Shown here piece by piece: positions 1 to 7,758 of a stretch of 16,513 nt of DNA. The notes under the pieces are model-generated. The model made no database searches and was not told the origin of the DNA. It saw only the letters and a list, made by a program, of their open reading frames with translations. Each line of letters starts with the position of its first letter. Positions within the stretch are counted from its first letter, which is position 1. A program made the translations under genes and the position numbers. Where the stretch lies: NCBI GenBank assembly GCA_964510165.1, contig CAZEBC010000082.1, forward strand, positions 1 through 16,513, read 5' to 3'. This stretch comes from an uncultured bacterium (lineage in GTDB: Bacteria > Abyssobacteria > SURF-5).

Positions 1-88
1 TAAATCCTCTTACCCCCTATATTTAGGATATCTGCTCTCCAAACCCGCCAAAATCCCCAACATTTTGTGTTATTGCTTCCCGAATTCC

Positions 89-118
89 TTGACAATGTTG
101 AAAAGTGGATGATATACT
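89..118 (+). promoter_or_regulatory. sigma70-type promoter upstream of fliQ
   Basis: TTGACA (89-94), 18-nt spacer, TG-n-TATACT (110-118). Predicted TSS ~125. Confidence 0.75.
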
Positions 119-147
119 ACAACATAATGCTGATAAAGGGTTTGGGG

Positions 148-175
148 GAGTTCTTTGCTCCAGAGCAGAGAACTC
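148..175 (+). other. stable hairpin in fliQ 5' leader
   Basis: GAGTTCTTTGCTC (148-160) pairs with GAGCAGAGAACTC (163-175) with one G-U pair. Followed only by GCTTTG, so a weak terminator at best. Confidence 0.6.
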
Positions 176-205
176 GCTTTGAGGCAGATATGGGGGTAAT
201 TGGCG

Positions 206-475
206 ATGACTCCCCAAGCAGTAGTAGACATCGGACGTGACGCTTTGATGTTGACCCTCTTGATCTCGGCGCCGCCGCTCCTTGCCGGCCTGGCGGTCGG
301 CTTGATCATCAGCATTTTCCAGGCGGTGACCCAGATACAGGAGTTCACGCTTACGTTCATTCCGAAAATCCTCGCGGTATTCATCGCGACGATGATTTTT
401 CTGCCGTGGATGCTCCAGGTCTTCCTGGGATACATGACCGACCTTTTCATCCGGATACCGATGCTGGCCAAGTGA
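206..475 (+). CDS. fliQ: flagellar export apparatus protein FliQ
   Basis: ~89-aa hydrophobic protein with GLIISIFQAVTQIQEFTLTFIPKI signature. ATG 206 preferred (GGGGG SD at 192-196); in-frame TTG at 200 is the alternative. Confidence 0.97.
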   Translation: MTPQAVVDIGRDALMLTLLISAPPLLAGLAVGLIISIFQAVTQIQEFTLTFIPKILAVFIATMIFLPWMLQVFLGYMTDLFIRIPMLAK

Positions 476-492
476 GCCAGGCAGGGGAACAG

Positions 493-1272
493 GTGGAAAA
501 CCCGTTCGCATTTACCCTCGCGAGGTTCGAGACATTTCTGCTCGTGTTCATGCGAGTGGGCGCGCTTCTCTTCGCGGCGCCGGTCTTCGGAGGGGGCGGC
601 GTGCCCGTTCAGGCGAGGCTATTGCTATCGCTCGTGCTATCGCTGGTGATGCTGCCGCTGGCGCCCATACCCGCTGGCGCCTTGCCGCTTGACATCGTGC
701 CGCTTGGCTGGCTGGGGATCAACGAGGCGCTTGTGGGTCTGGTGATGGGCGCATCGCTGCTGTTCATCTTTGCGGCGGTGCAATACGCGGGCCAGATCGT
801 GGACTTTCAGATGGGCTTCAGCATCGTGAATCTGATAGACCCCACCCAGGATATCCAGGTGCCGGTGATGGGATTCTTTCATTTCCTTATAGCGACGCTC
901 ATCTTTCTGGCGATGGACGCGCATCACTGGATAATCCGGGCGCTGGCCGACAGCTTCGAGATCGTGCCGCTCATGACAGCGGGTTTTTCGGGACTGGTCG
1001 TCGCCAACGTGGCGCGCGCGTTCGGTGATTTGTTCGTCGTGGCGATGAGGATCGCCGCGCCGGCCATTGCGGTACTCATGCTCTACAATGCCGCGCTCGG
1101 TATCATCGCCAAGACGGTTCCCCAGATCAACCTGCTGATTGTCGGATTCCCGGTCCGAATCGCAATCGGCATGATGGTGGTGGGCATGTCAATGACGTTT
1201 TTCCATCCGTATCTGTCACATGCGTTTGACCTGATGGTGGCAAACGTGTACTCGATCATGCGGCAATTCTGA
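493..1272 (+). CDS. fliR: flagellar export apparatus protein FliR
   Basis: Polytopic membrane protein with RVGALLFAAPVFG, AGQIVDFQMGF and PQINLLIVGFP motifs. GTG 493 has an AGGGGA SD; GTG 472, overlapping the fliQ stop, is an alternative. Confidence 0.96.
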   Translation: MENPFAFTLARFETFLLVFMRVGALLFAAPVFGGGGVPVQARLLLSLVLSLVMLPLAPIPAGALPLDIVPLGWLGINEALVGLVMGASLLFIFAAVQYAGQIVDFQMGFSIVNLIDPTQDIQVPVMGFFHFLIATLIFLAMDAHHWIIRALADSFEIVPLMTAGFSGLVVANVARAFGDLFVVAMRIAAPAIAVLMLYNAALGIIAKTVPQINLLIVGFPVRIAIGMMVVGMSMTFFHPYLSHAFDLMVANVYSIMRQF

Positions 1273-1280
1273 GGCGCCCT

Positions 1281-2381
1281 ATGCCCGAGCCATATGCAGG
1301 TGAAAAGACAGAGCCGGCGACCCCGCGAAGAAGGGAGGAGGTCCGCAAAAAAGGGCAGGTGGCCAAAAGCGGCGACCTGAACTCCTCCGTTGTCCTTCTT
1401 GCCGCGATGCTGGCGCTCTACTTCCTCATGCCGGCGTTCATGCAGAACTTGGCGGATGTGACGCGCGGATATCTTGAGCACGCCGACTCCATAGAAATCG
1501 ATTTCAATTCGGCGCAGACTCTGTTGATGAGGGCGGTCTTGCAGGTAAGCGGATTCTTCGTGCCCTTCATGGCGATAATCCTTTCGGCGGCGCTGTTGGT
1601 GAATGTGGCGCAGGTGGGCTTCAACCTGAGCGGCTATCCCCTGGTTCCGAGGCTCGAGAAGCTGAGCCCTGCGGCAGGATTCCGCCGGATGTTCTCTGCG
1701 CGCTCGCTGGCGGAACTGCTGAAGTCGATGTTCAAGATCGCGATCGTGGGGTTTATCGCGTATCTCACAATACGGAGCGAGATGGACCGCTTGCTTGCGC
1801 TGATGAACGTGGACGTGTGGGGGGCATGGGCGTTCTTCGGAAGACTGTGCTTCAACCTTGGAATGAGAGTGGCCATAGCGTTTCTCGCGCTCGGGCTGGC
1901 CGACTACGGATTTCAGCGCTATCAGTTCGAGCAGGACATCAAGATGACGCGTGAGGAAGTGCGGCAGGAGATCAAGGATTTCGAAGGCGACCCTTTGATC
2001 CGGGCCCGTATCAGGCGTGTGCGCCGACAGATGGCGATAAGCCGAATGATGGCGGAGGTTCCCCGGGCGCATGTGGTCGTCACGAACCCTTTTTTTCTGG
2101 CCGTTGCGCTCAGGTACGACATGGAGAAGATGGCGGCGCCAATGGTGGTCGCCAAAGGCGCGCGCCTGATGGCCGACCGAATAAGGGAAGTTGCGGCGAG
2201 CAACGATGTTCCCATCGTGCAGAACGCTCCGCTCGCCCAGATGTTGTACAGGACCGTCGAGGTCGGCGCTCAGATTCCGGAGAAGCTCTACAGGGCCGTG
2301 GCAGAAGTGTTGGCCTACGTGTATCAGATTGATCGGCGCGGCCGCGAGAGATGGGCCGCACTGAGCGAGGCGGCGCGATGA
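1281..2381 (+). CDS. flhB: flagellar export/substrate-specificity switch protein FlhB
   Basis: EKTEPATPRR...KGQVAKS N-terminus, four TM segments, KMTREEVRQEIKDFEGDP, VVAKG, IPEKLYRAVAEVLAYVY. Cleavage motif reads NPFF. Confidence 0.97.
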   Translation: MPEPYAGEKTEPATPRRREEVRKKGQVAKSGDLNSSVVLLAAMLALYFLMPAFMQNLADVTRGYLEHADSIEIDFNSAQTLLMRAVLQVSGFFVPFMAIILSAALLVNVAQVGFNLSGYPLVPRLEKLSPAAGFRRMFSARSLAELLKSMFKIAIVGFIAYLTIRSEMDRLLALMNVDVWGAWAFFGRLCFNLGMRVAIAFLALGLADYGFQRYQFEQDIKMTREEVRQEIKDFEGDPLIRARIRRVRRQMAISRMMAEVPRAHVVVTNPFFLAVALRYDMEKMAAPMVVAKGARLMADRIREVAASNDVPIVQNAPLAQMLYRTVEVGAQIPEKLYRAVAEVLAYVYQIDRRGRERWAALSEAAR

Positions 2382-2430
2382 CGGTCGTGGGAACAGGCCG
2401 TCGGGGGCTGTTGCTTGGACGCCTGTTTTC

Positions 2431-2526
2431 GATTCCCCGCTCAAACAGGGGAATGACAAATCGAAAGGTCTGAGGTCCTTGTCATTCCCACAACAGTCTT
2501 GTCATTCCCGCGAAAGCGGGAATCCA
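2431..2526. repeat. cluster of REP/dRS3-like palindromes (GTCATTCCC-N-GGGAATC type)
   Basis: Full copy GTCATTCCCGCGAAAGCGGGAATCCA (2501-2526), inverted copy GATTCCCC-GCTCAAACA-GGGGAATGAC (2431-2457), and a half copy. CTTGTCATTCCC is directly repeated at 2478 and 2498. Confidence 0.8.
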
Positions 2527-2558
2527 TACGTTTCGCGAATGGAACATTAGAGGACAAT

Positions 2559-4643
2559 ATGGGTCAGACAGCGGTAGGACCACGATTCTTGCGGATGACC
2601 CGCAATCAGGATGTGATCGTGGCGGCCATCATCATCGGCATCCTGTTCGTAATGCTGGTGAAGGTGCCTCCTATTGCGCTCGACCTGTTGTTGACGTTCA
2701 ACATTTCGATCTCGGTGCTGATGATTCTCGTGACGATGTACGTCCGGGAACCGCTTCAGTTTTCGGTCTTTCCTTCTCTCCTCCTCGTCACCACGCTGTT
2801 CCGGCTCGCGCTCAACGTCGCCTCGACCCGCCTCATACTGATTGACGCGTACGCGGGCCGCGTGATCCAGGCATTCGGCTCATTCGTAGTCGGCGGCAAT
2901 TACGTCGTGGGCATGATCATCTTCCTCATCATCGTCGTCATCCAGTTCGTCGTGATAACACGGGGAGCGGGCCGAATCTCGGAGGTGGCGGCGAGGTTCA
3001 CCCTCGACGCGATGCCCGGCAAGCAGATGAGCATCGACGCCGACCTCAATTCCGGCCTCATTACCGAGGACCAGGCGCGCGCGCGCAGGCGGGCCATCGA
3101 GGACGAAGCCGATTTCTACGGCGCAATGGACGGCGCCACCAAGTTCATACGGGGCGACGCCATCGCGGGCCTTATCATCACCATCATCAATATCGTGGGC
3201 GGACTGATTATCGGGGTGCTCCAGCGGGGAATGGCGCTCGGAGAAGCGGCCAGAACGTACACGGCGCTGACGGTGGGCGATGGTCTGGTCGCCCAGGTTC
3301 CGGCGCTTTTCATTTCGACGTCGGCTGGCATCATCATCACTCGGACGGTCTCGGAGACGAACCTCGGAGCCGACATTACCCGGCAGATGTTCAATTTTCC
3401 CCGCGCGGTCGCCATTGCGGCGGTGCTCCTTGCGGTGTTCGCGCTTGTGCCCGGCCTGCCGCCCATACCGTTTCTGATGATCGCGGGCGGGGCCGGATTT
3501 GTATGGTATCAGCTTAACCGTTCGAGGACCCGTCAGAGAGTGGCCGAGGAGCGCGAGCGTCGCGCGCGCGAAGAGGCCGCTCCGAGGGCGCCCGAAAGCG
3601 TGGAGGGCCTTCTCAAGATCGATGTCATGGAGATCGAGATAGGGTACGGCCTCATTCCACTGGCCGACCCGAAACAGGGCGGCGACCTGCTCGACCGCAT
3701 CTCCGACATTCGGCGGCGCATGGCGCTCAAGATGGGTGTGGTCGTCCCGCCGATACGTATCCGTGACAACATGGCGCTCAAGCCAAACGAATACCTCATC
3801 AAGATTCGCGGCAACGAAGTGGCCCGCGGCGAACTCCTGACCGACCATTACCTGATCATGAATCCCGGCCATATACGCGAAAAGATTCCGGGAATCGAGA
3901 CGAAGGAGCCCGCGTTCGGGCTCGAGGCGACCTGGATCACGCCCGCCCAGCGCCCGAGGGCCGAGCAGTTGGGCTACACCATCGTGGACCCGCCGTCGGT
4001 CCTGGCGACGCATCTGACGGAGATCATTAACGCACACGCGCATGAACTGCTCGGCCGCCAGGAGGTGAGCGGCCTTATTGAGACCGTCCGCAAGACGTCT
4101 CCTGTCGTCGTCGAAGAACTCATCCCGAACCTGCTCACGATGGGCGACATACAGAAGGTGCTCAGAAACCTCCTCAAGGAGCGGGTGCCGGTGCGCAACC
4201 TCGAGACCATTCTGGAGACTCTGGCCGATTACGCGCGGCGCACAAAGGACACGATCCTCCTCACGGAATATGTCAGGCAGGCGCTGGCCCGCACGATATG
4301 CCAGGAGTATGCGGATGAGGAAGGCCGCATCTATGCCGCCACCCTTGATCCAAGGCTCGAGCAGAGACTCTCGGACTCGCTCAGGGAAACCGAGGGAGTT
4401 GCGTTCGTTGCGCTCGACCCGGTGACCGTCCAAAAGATACTGGCCGCGACAACCGCGGAGTCCAAGCGCATGGTGAATGAAGGTCGTCAGCCGATCATTG
4501 TGTGTTCGCCCCGTGTGCGGCCTTACTTCAAACAACTGGTTCAGAGTTCACTTCCCGGCCTTGTTGTCCTCAGCTTTGCCGAAATAACGCAGGAAGCGAG
4601 ACTCCATGCCGAAAGGATGGTGAGCATCGAAGGTGGAGCTTAA
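2559..4643 (+). CDS. flhA: flagellar export apparatus protein FlhA
   Basis: FHIPEP signature RISEVAARFTLDAMPGKQMSIDADLNSG, FYGAMDGATKF, EPAFG, large cytoplasmic domain. ATG 2559 has a GAGGA SD; the track's 2499 start lies inside the repeat. Confidence 0.98.
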   Translation: MGQTAVGPRFLRMTRNQDVIVAAIIIGILFVMLVKVPPIALDLLLTFNISISVLMILVTMYVREPLQFSVFPSLLLVTTLFRLALNVASTRLILIDAYAGRVIQAFGSFVVGGNYVVGMIIFLIIVVIQFVVITRGAGRISEVAARFTLDAMPGKQMSIDADLNSGLITEDQARARRRAIEDEADFYGAMDGATKFIRGDAIAGLIITIINIVGGLIIGVLQRGMALGEAARTYTALTVGDGLVAQVPALFISTSAGIIITRTVSETNLGADITRQMFNFPRAVAIAAVLLAVFALVPGLPPIPFLMIAGGAGFVWYQLNRSRTRQRVAEERERRAREEAAPRAPESVEGLLKIDVMEIEIGYGLIPLADPKQGGDLLDRISDIRRRMALKMGVVVPPIRIRDNMALKPNEYLIKIRGNEVARGELLTDHYLIMNPGHIREKIPGIETKEPAFGLEATWITPAQRPRAEQLGYTIVDPPSVLATHLTEIINAHAHELLGRQEVSGLIETVRKTSPVVVEELIPNLLTMGDIQKVLRNLLKERVPVRNLETILETLADYARRTKDTILLTEYVRQALARTICQEYADEEGRIYAATLDPRLEQRLSDSLRETEGVAFVALDPVTVQKILAATTAESKRMVNEGRQPIIVCSPRVRPYFKQLVQSSLPGLVVLSFAEITQEARLHAERMVSIEGGA

Positions 4644-5778
4644 GCGATTTCGAGCCGGCACGATGCAGGCGGCCCTGGCGCAAGTCAAGCAGGAGCTTGG
4701 CCCCGACGCCGTCATCCTCAACACGAAGACATACCAACAGGGCGGCTTCTTTGGTTTCGGCAAGAGAGAGGTCGTCGAGATCATGGCGTCAAGAGACGTC
4801 AGGATCGTTGACACGCCGCCGGTTCTTCCCCGCCAGACCGAGAGCTACGCTCGAGCCTCGCTTCCGCGCGAGCGACCACCCGCGAAAGTCTCGGGCGACG
4901 GATCGGAGGAAATTCTGCGCGAACTCTCTTCGCTGAAGACGCAAGTCGAGGTCCTGGCCAGAGAGTACGTGCAAGATCCGGATTATCCCCCGCTCCTTAA
5001 CGAGTATTACCACGGACTGCTTGGGGTGGGGGTCTCGAAGCTGCTCGCGAAGAAGATCGTGAGCGCTGTCCATACGGAACTCGCGGGCGCCCAGCTCGCC
5101 GATAAGGCGATTGTCGAGACCAGGCTCAGTCATGAACTGGGCAAACTGGTCAAGCTCGGAGGTCCGATTCGATGTGACAGCGGCAAGCCTCGCAAGATCG
5201 TGATGACCGGGCCAACCGGAGTGGGCAAGACCACTACCATCGCGAAGCTGGCGGCGCTGTATTCGATCAAGGAACGGCGGCGGGTGGGTCTCATCACGGC
5301 CGACACGTATCGCATCGCCGCCGTCGAGCAACTCAAGGTGTACGCCGACATCATAGGAGTGGCGCTCGACGTGGTTCTCACTCCAAAGGAACTGCGCGAC
5401 GCGGTGCGTCGGCATTCCGACAAGGAGCTTGTGTTCATTGACACCGCCGGTCGAAGCCAGCGCAACCAGACAAGGCTTGTGGAACTCAAGAGCTTCGTGG
5501 AGGCCGCCGAGCCCGACGAGAATCATCTCCTTATCAGTTCCACCACCGATAAGGAAGAGGTATTCAACATCATCGACAAGTTCAGCATCGTTGAGGTGAC
5601 CAGTTTCCTGTTCTCGAAAGTGGATGAATGCAGAAAGCCCGGGCTTATCTTCGAAGTGCTCGCCAATTGCGAAAAGCCGGTTTCCTATCTGACGACCGGA
5701 CAGGACGTGCCTGACGATATCGAAGTGGCCACGCAGACGGGACTGCTCACCCTCTTGTTCAGGAGCGCCGACCGATGA
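4633..5778 (+). CDS. flhF: SRP-family GTPase FlhF
   Basis: N-terminal ALAQVKQELGPDAVIL...GFFG, GPTGVGKTTT, DTYRIAA, DTAGR, SKVDE, TTGQDVPDDI. GTG start overlaps the flhA end. Confidence 0.96.
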   Translation: MELKRFRAGTMQAALAQVKQELGPDAVILNTKTYQQGGFFGFGKREVVEIMASRDVRIVDTPPVLPRQTESYARASLPRERPPAKVSGDGSEEILRELSSLKTQVEVLAREYVQDPDYPPLLNEYYHGLLGVGVSKLLAKKIVSAVHTELAGAQLADKAIVETRLSHELGKLVKLGGPIRCDSGKPRKIVMTGPTGVGKTTTIAKLAALYSIKERRRVGLITADTYRIAAVEQLKVYADIIGVALDVVLTPKELRDAVRRHSDKELVFIDTAGRSQRNQTRLVELKSFVEAAEPDENHLLISSTTDKEEVFNIIDKFSIVEVTSFLFSKVDECRKPGLIFEVLANCEKPVSYLTTGQDVPDDIEVATQTGLLTLLFRSADR

Positions 5779-6635
5779 CCGACCAGGCACAAAAACTGCG
5801 CGAACTCGCGGCGGCCGCTCACCACGCGCGGCCCCGCATAATCACCGTCACCAGCGGCAAGGGCGGCGTCGGCAAATCCAATATCGTCATCAACCTCGCC
5901 ATCTGCCTCGCGCGAATGGATAAGCGGGTGCTGATCATTGACGCAGACCTTGGCCTTGCCAACGTTGATATATTGCTCGGCCTCAAAAACAAATACAATC
6001 TCCAGCACGTGCTCGACGGGGCCATGAAACTCAAGGACGTGGTGGTGAGCGGGCCTGCCGGAATAAAAGTGATTCCGGGCAGTTCGGGAATTCCCCGTAT
6101 CGCCAACATGAACAACCGCACGCGCCGCGAGTTCATCTCCTCGTTCAAGGACCTCGAGGGAGAGGCGGACATCATCCTCGTCGACACCTCGGCGGGGATA
6201 ACCAAGAACGTCATCAAATTTGCCGTCCTCGCCGACGAGGTGATCCTCGTGACCACGCCCGAACCCTCCGCAATCACCGACGCCTATGCGATGATCAAGG
6301 TGATACACGCCGAGAAACCCAACGCCGATATCGGCCTGGTCGTGAACCTCGCCCGGAACGAGGCCCAAGCGCTCGATGTCGCGAACAAGGTGGCGCAGGT
6401 CTCGAAACAGTTCCTCAACTTCCCCGTATTCGTGCTCGGGACTTTGCCTAACGACCCATATGTGCCGAGAGCGGTCATGCAGCGGCAACCGTGGTCGGAA
6501 CTGTATCCGAGGGCCGCCGCGAGCAAGGCGATCAGGCAAGTGGCCGCACGGGTATTGAATGGAGAGCGGCCGCGAAGCGGCGAGGGCTTCATCCAGAGAC
6601 TATCGTCCTATTTCAAGGCGGGGGCTGCTTCTTGA
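5775..6635 (+). CDS. flhG: MinD-like ATPase FlhG/FleN
   Basis: DQAQKLR N-terminus, SGKGGVGKS, DADLGLANVD, TTPEPSAITDAYAMIK. ATGA overlap with flhF. Confidence 0.95.
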   Translation: MTDQAQKLRELAAAAHHARPRIITVTSGKGGVGKSNIVINLAICLARMDKRVLIIDADLGLANVDILLGLKNKYNLQHVLDGAMKLKDVVVSGPAGIKVIPGSSGIPRIANMNNRTRREFISSFKDLEGEADIILVDTSAGITKNVIKFAVLADEVILVTTPEPSAITDAYAMIKVIHAEKPNADIGLVVNLARNEAQALDVANKVAQVSKQFLNFPVFVLGTLPNDPYVPRAVMQRQPWSELYPRAAASKAIRQVAARVLNGERPRSGEGFIQRLSSYFKAGAAS

Positions 6636-6650
6636 GGGGCTTTCGCAAAT

Positions 6651-6696
6651 CCCCTCACCCCAACCCTCTCCCGCTGGGAGAGGGCAGGGTGAGGGG
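6651..6696. repeat. palindromic CCCTCACCC/CCCTCTCCC REP-like element, copy 1
   Basis: CCCCTCACCC-caa-CCCTCTCCC-gct-GGGAGAGGG-ca-GGGTGAGGGG. A related copy is at 11985-12029. Confidence 0.8.
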
Positions 6697-6709
6697 GCTT
6701 GGCAGGCTC

Positions 6710-6720
6710 TGTGGTATAAT
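6710..6720 (+). promoter_or_regulatory. extended -10 promoter upstream of fliM
   Basis: TGTG-G-TATAAT 45 nt before the fliM ATG. No recognisable -35 at 17-nt spacing. Confidence 0.6.
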
Positions 6721-6764
6721 TTATGAAAGCATGAGACGGAGCAGTGTAACACCCGGAGATTCAA

Positions 6765-7745
6765 ATGGCTGACATACTAAGTCAGGAAGAGGTTGACGCC
6801 CTTCTGGCCGCTGTGTCGGAGGGCGAAGCCCTCGAACGACCCGAGCCGCCTCCGACCAAGCGGTTCCATGTGGCAAGGTACGATTTCAAGAGGCCCGAAC
6901 GCGTTTCGAAGGAACAATTCCGCGGGTTCCAGACGTTGTCGGAGTTGTTCGCGCGAGACCTCAGCACGGCGCTCGGGGGCTCGTTGCGCGCAATCGCGCG
7001 CGCATCGGTCATATCCGTTGACCAGATAACATATGACGAGTATGTCCTTTCCATATCGAACCCTACCTCATATAACATAGTCCAGCTCCCTCCGCTTGAG
7101 GGAAATCTGATCCTGGAGTTCAGCCCCGGGCTTATCTTCCCGATCATAGACCGGCTGCTCGGGGGCCGCGGCATCGCGATCGCACAGACACGAGAACTGA
7201 CCGAGATCGAACAGAAACTCGTCGCCAAAATGGTCGAGTTGGTGCTCAGCACGCTCGTCCGCACCTGGCGTCATCTTGCAGAGTTCTCATGGAAACTGGT
7301 CGCCCAGGAGAACGACCCGCAGATCGTGCAGATAGTGAGCGGCAACGAGATAGTGCTTGCCATACGGTTTGAGCTCAGCGTGGGCGACATCGCGGGGACC
7401 ATGAGCCTGTGCCTGCCGGTGGTCACCCTCGAACCGATCCTCGAGAAGGCGGGGGCCGAATATACATTCTACGGTGCGCGTCCCAATCACCATGACCCGC
7501 AGAGCGCCCACACGGTGAGGCGCATAATCATGCGCACCAACGCCAGGCTCGATGCATACCTCGCCGGCTCCGCCATAACCGTGAAAGACCTGCTCAGACT
7601 CCAGGTCGGCGACATAGTGAGGCTTGATAACGCGGTCGCAGATGAGAGTTGCATCACGGTCAGTGTCTGCGGCAAGCCAAAGTTCAGGGCGAAGCAAGGC
7701 CGAATCGGCGGCAAACAGGCCATTCAGGTCGTGTCCAGAATCTGA
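6765..7745 (+). CDS. fliM: flagellar motor switch protein FliM
   Basis: CheY-binding MADILSQEEVDALL, YDFKRPERVSKEQ, IIDRLLGGRG, C-terminal SpoA domain (LQVGDIVRLD). GGAG SD. Confidence 0.96.
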   Translation: MADILSQEEVDALLAAVSEGEALERPEPPPTKRFHVARYDFKRPERVSKEQFRGFQTLSELFARDLSTALGGSLRAIARASVISVDQITYDEYVLSISNPTSYNIVQLPPLEGNLILEFSPGLIFPIIDRLLGGRGIAIAQTRELTEIEQKLVAKMVELVLSTLVRTWRHLAEFSWKLVAQENDPQIVQIVSGNEIVLAIRFELSVGDIAGTMSLCLPVVTLEPILEKAGAEYTFYGARPNHHDPQSAHTVRRIIMRTNARLDAYLAGSAITVKDLLRLQVGDIVRLDNAVADESCITVSVCGKPKFRAKQGRIGGKQAIQVVSRI

Positions 7746-7758
7746 GAGCGAGGCAACG

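Noticed and set aside
23-511. Minus-strand ORFs 23-511 and 70-471
   Set aside because: They overlap fliQ and its promoter and have no family features.
2499-2558. N-terminal extension of FlhA (MSFPRKRES...)
   Set aside because: It is a translation of the palindromic repeat; the SD supports ATG 2559.
5098-5105. GCCGATAA sigma28 -10 matches (here and near 14616)
   Set aside because: Both lie inside coding regions and lack a TAAA -35 at the right spacing. I found no convincing sigma28 promoter in the window.
1083-6539. Long minus-strand ORFs (1083-2459, 2880-4535, 4789-5790, 5685-6539)
   Set aside because: They are antisense shadows of well-supported flagellar genes, expected with GC-rich codon bias, and carry no recognisable motifs.
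6699-6715. TTGGCA as a sigma54 -24 element before fliM
   Set aside because: There is no GC at the -12 position; the extended -10 explains the site better.
6491-6772. 93-aa ORF containing PHPNPLPLGEG
   Set aside because: It is out of frame with the flhG end and reads through the REP-like element.
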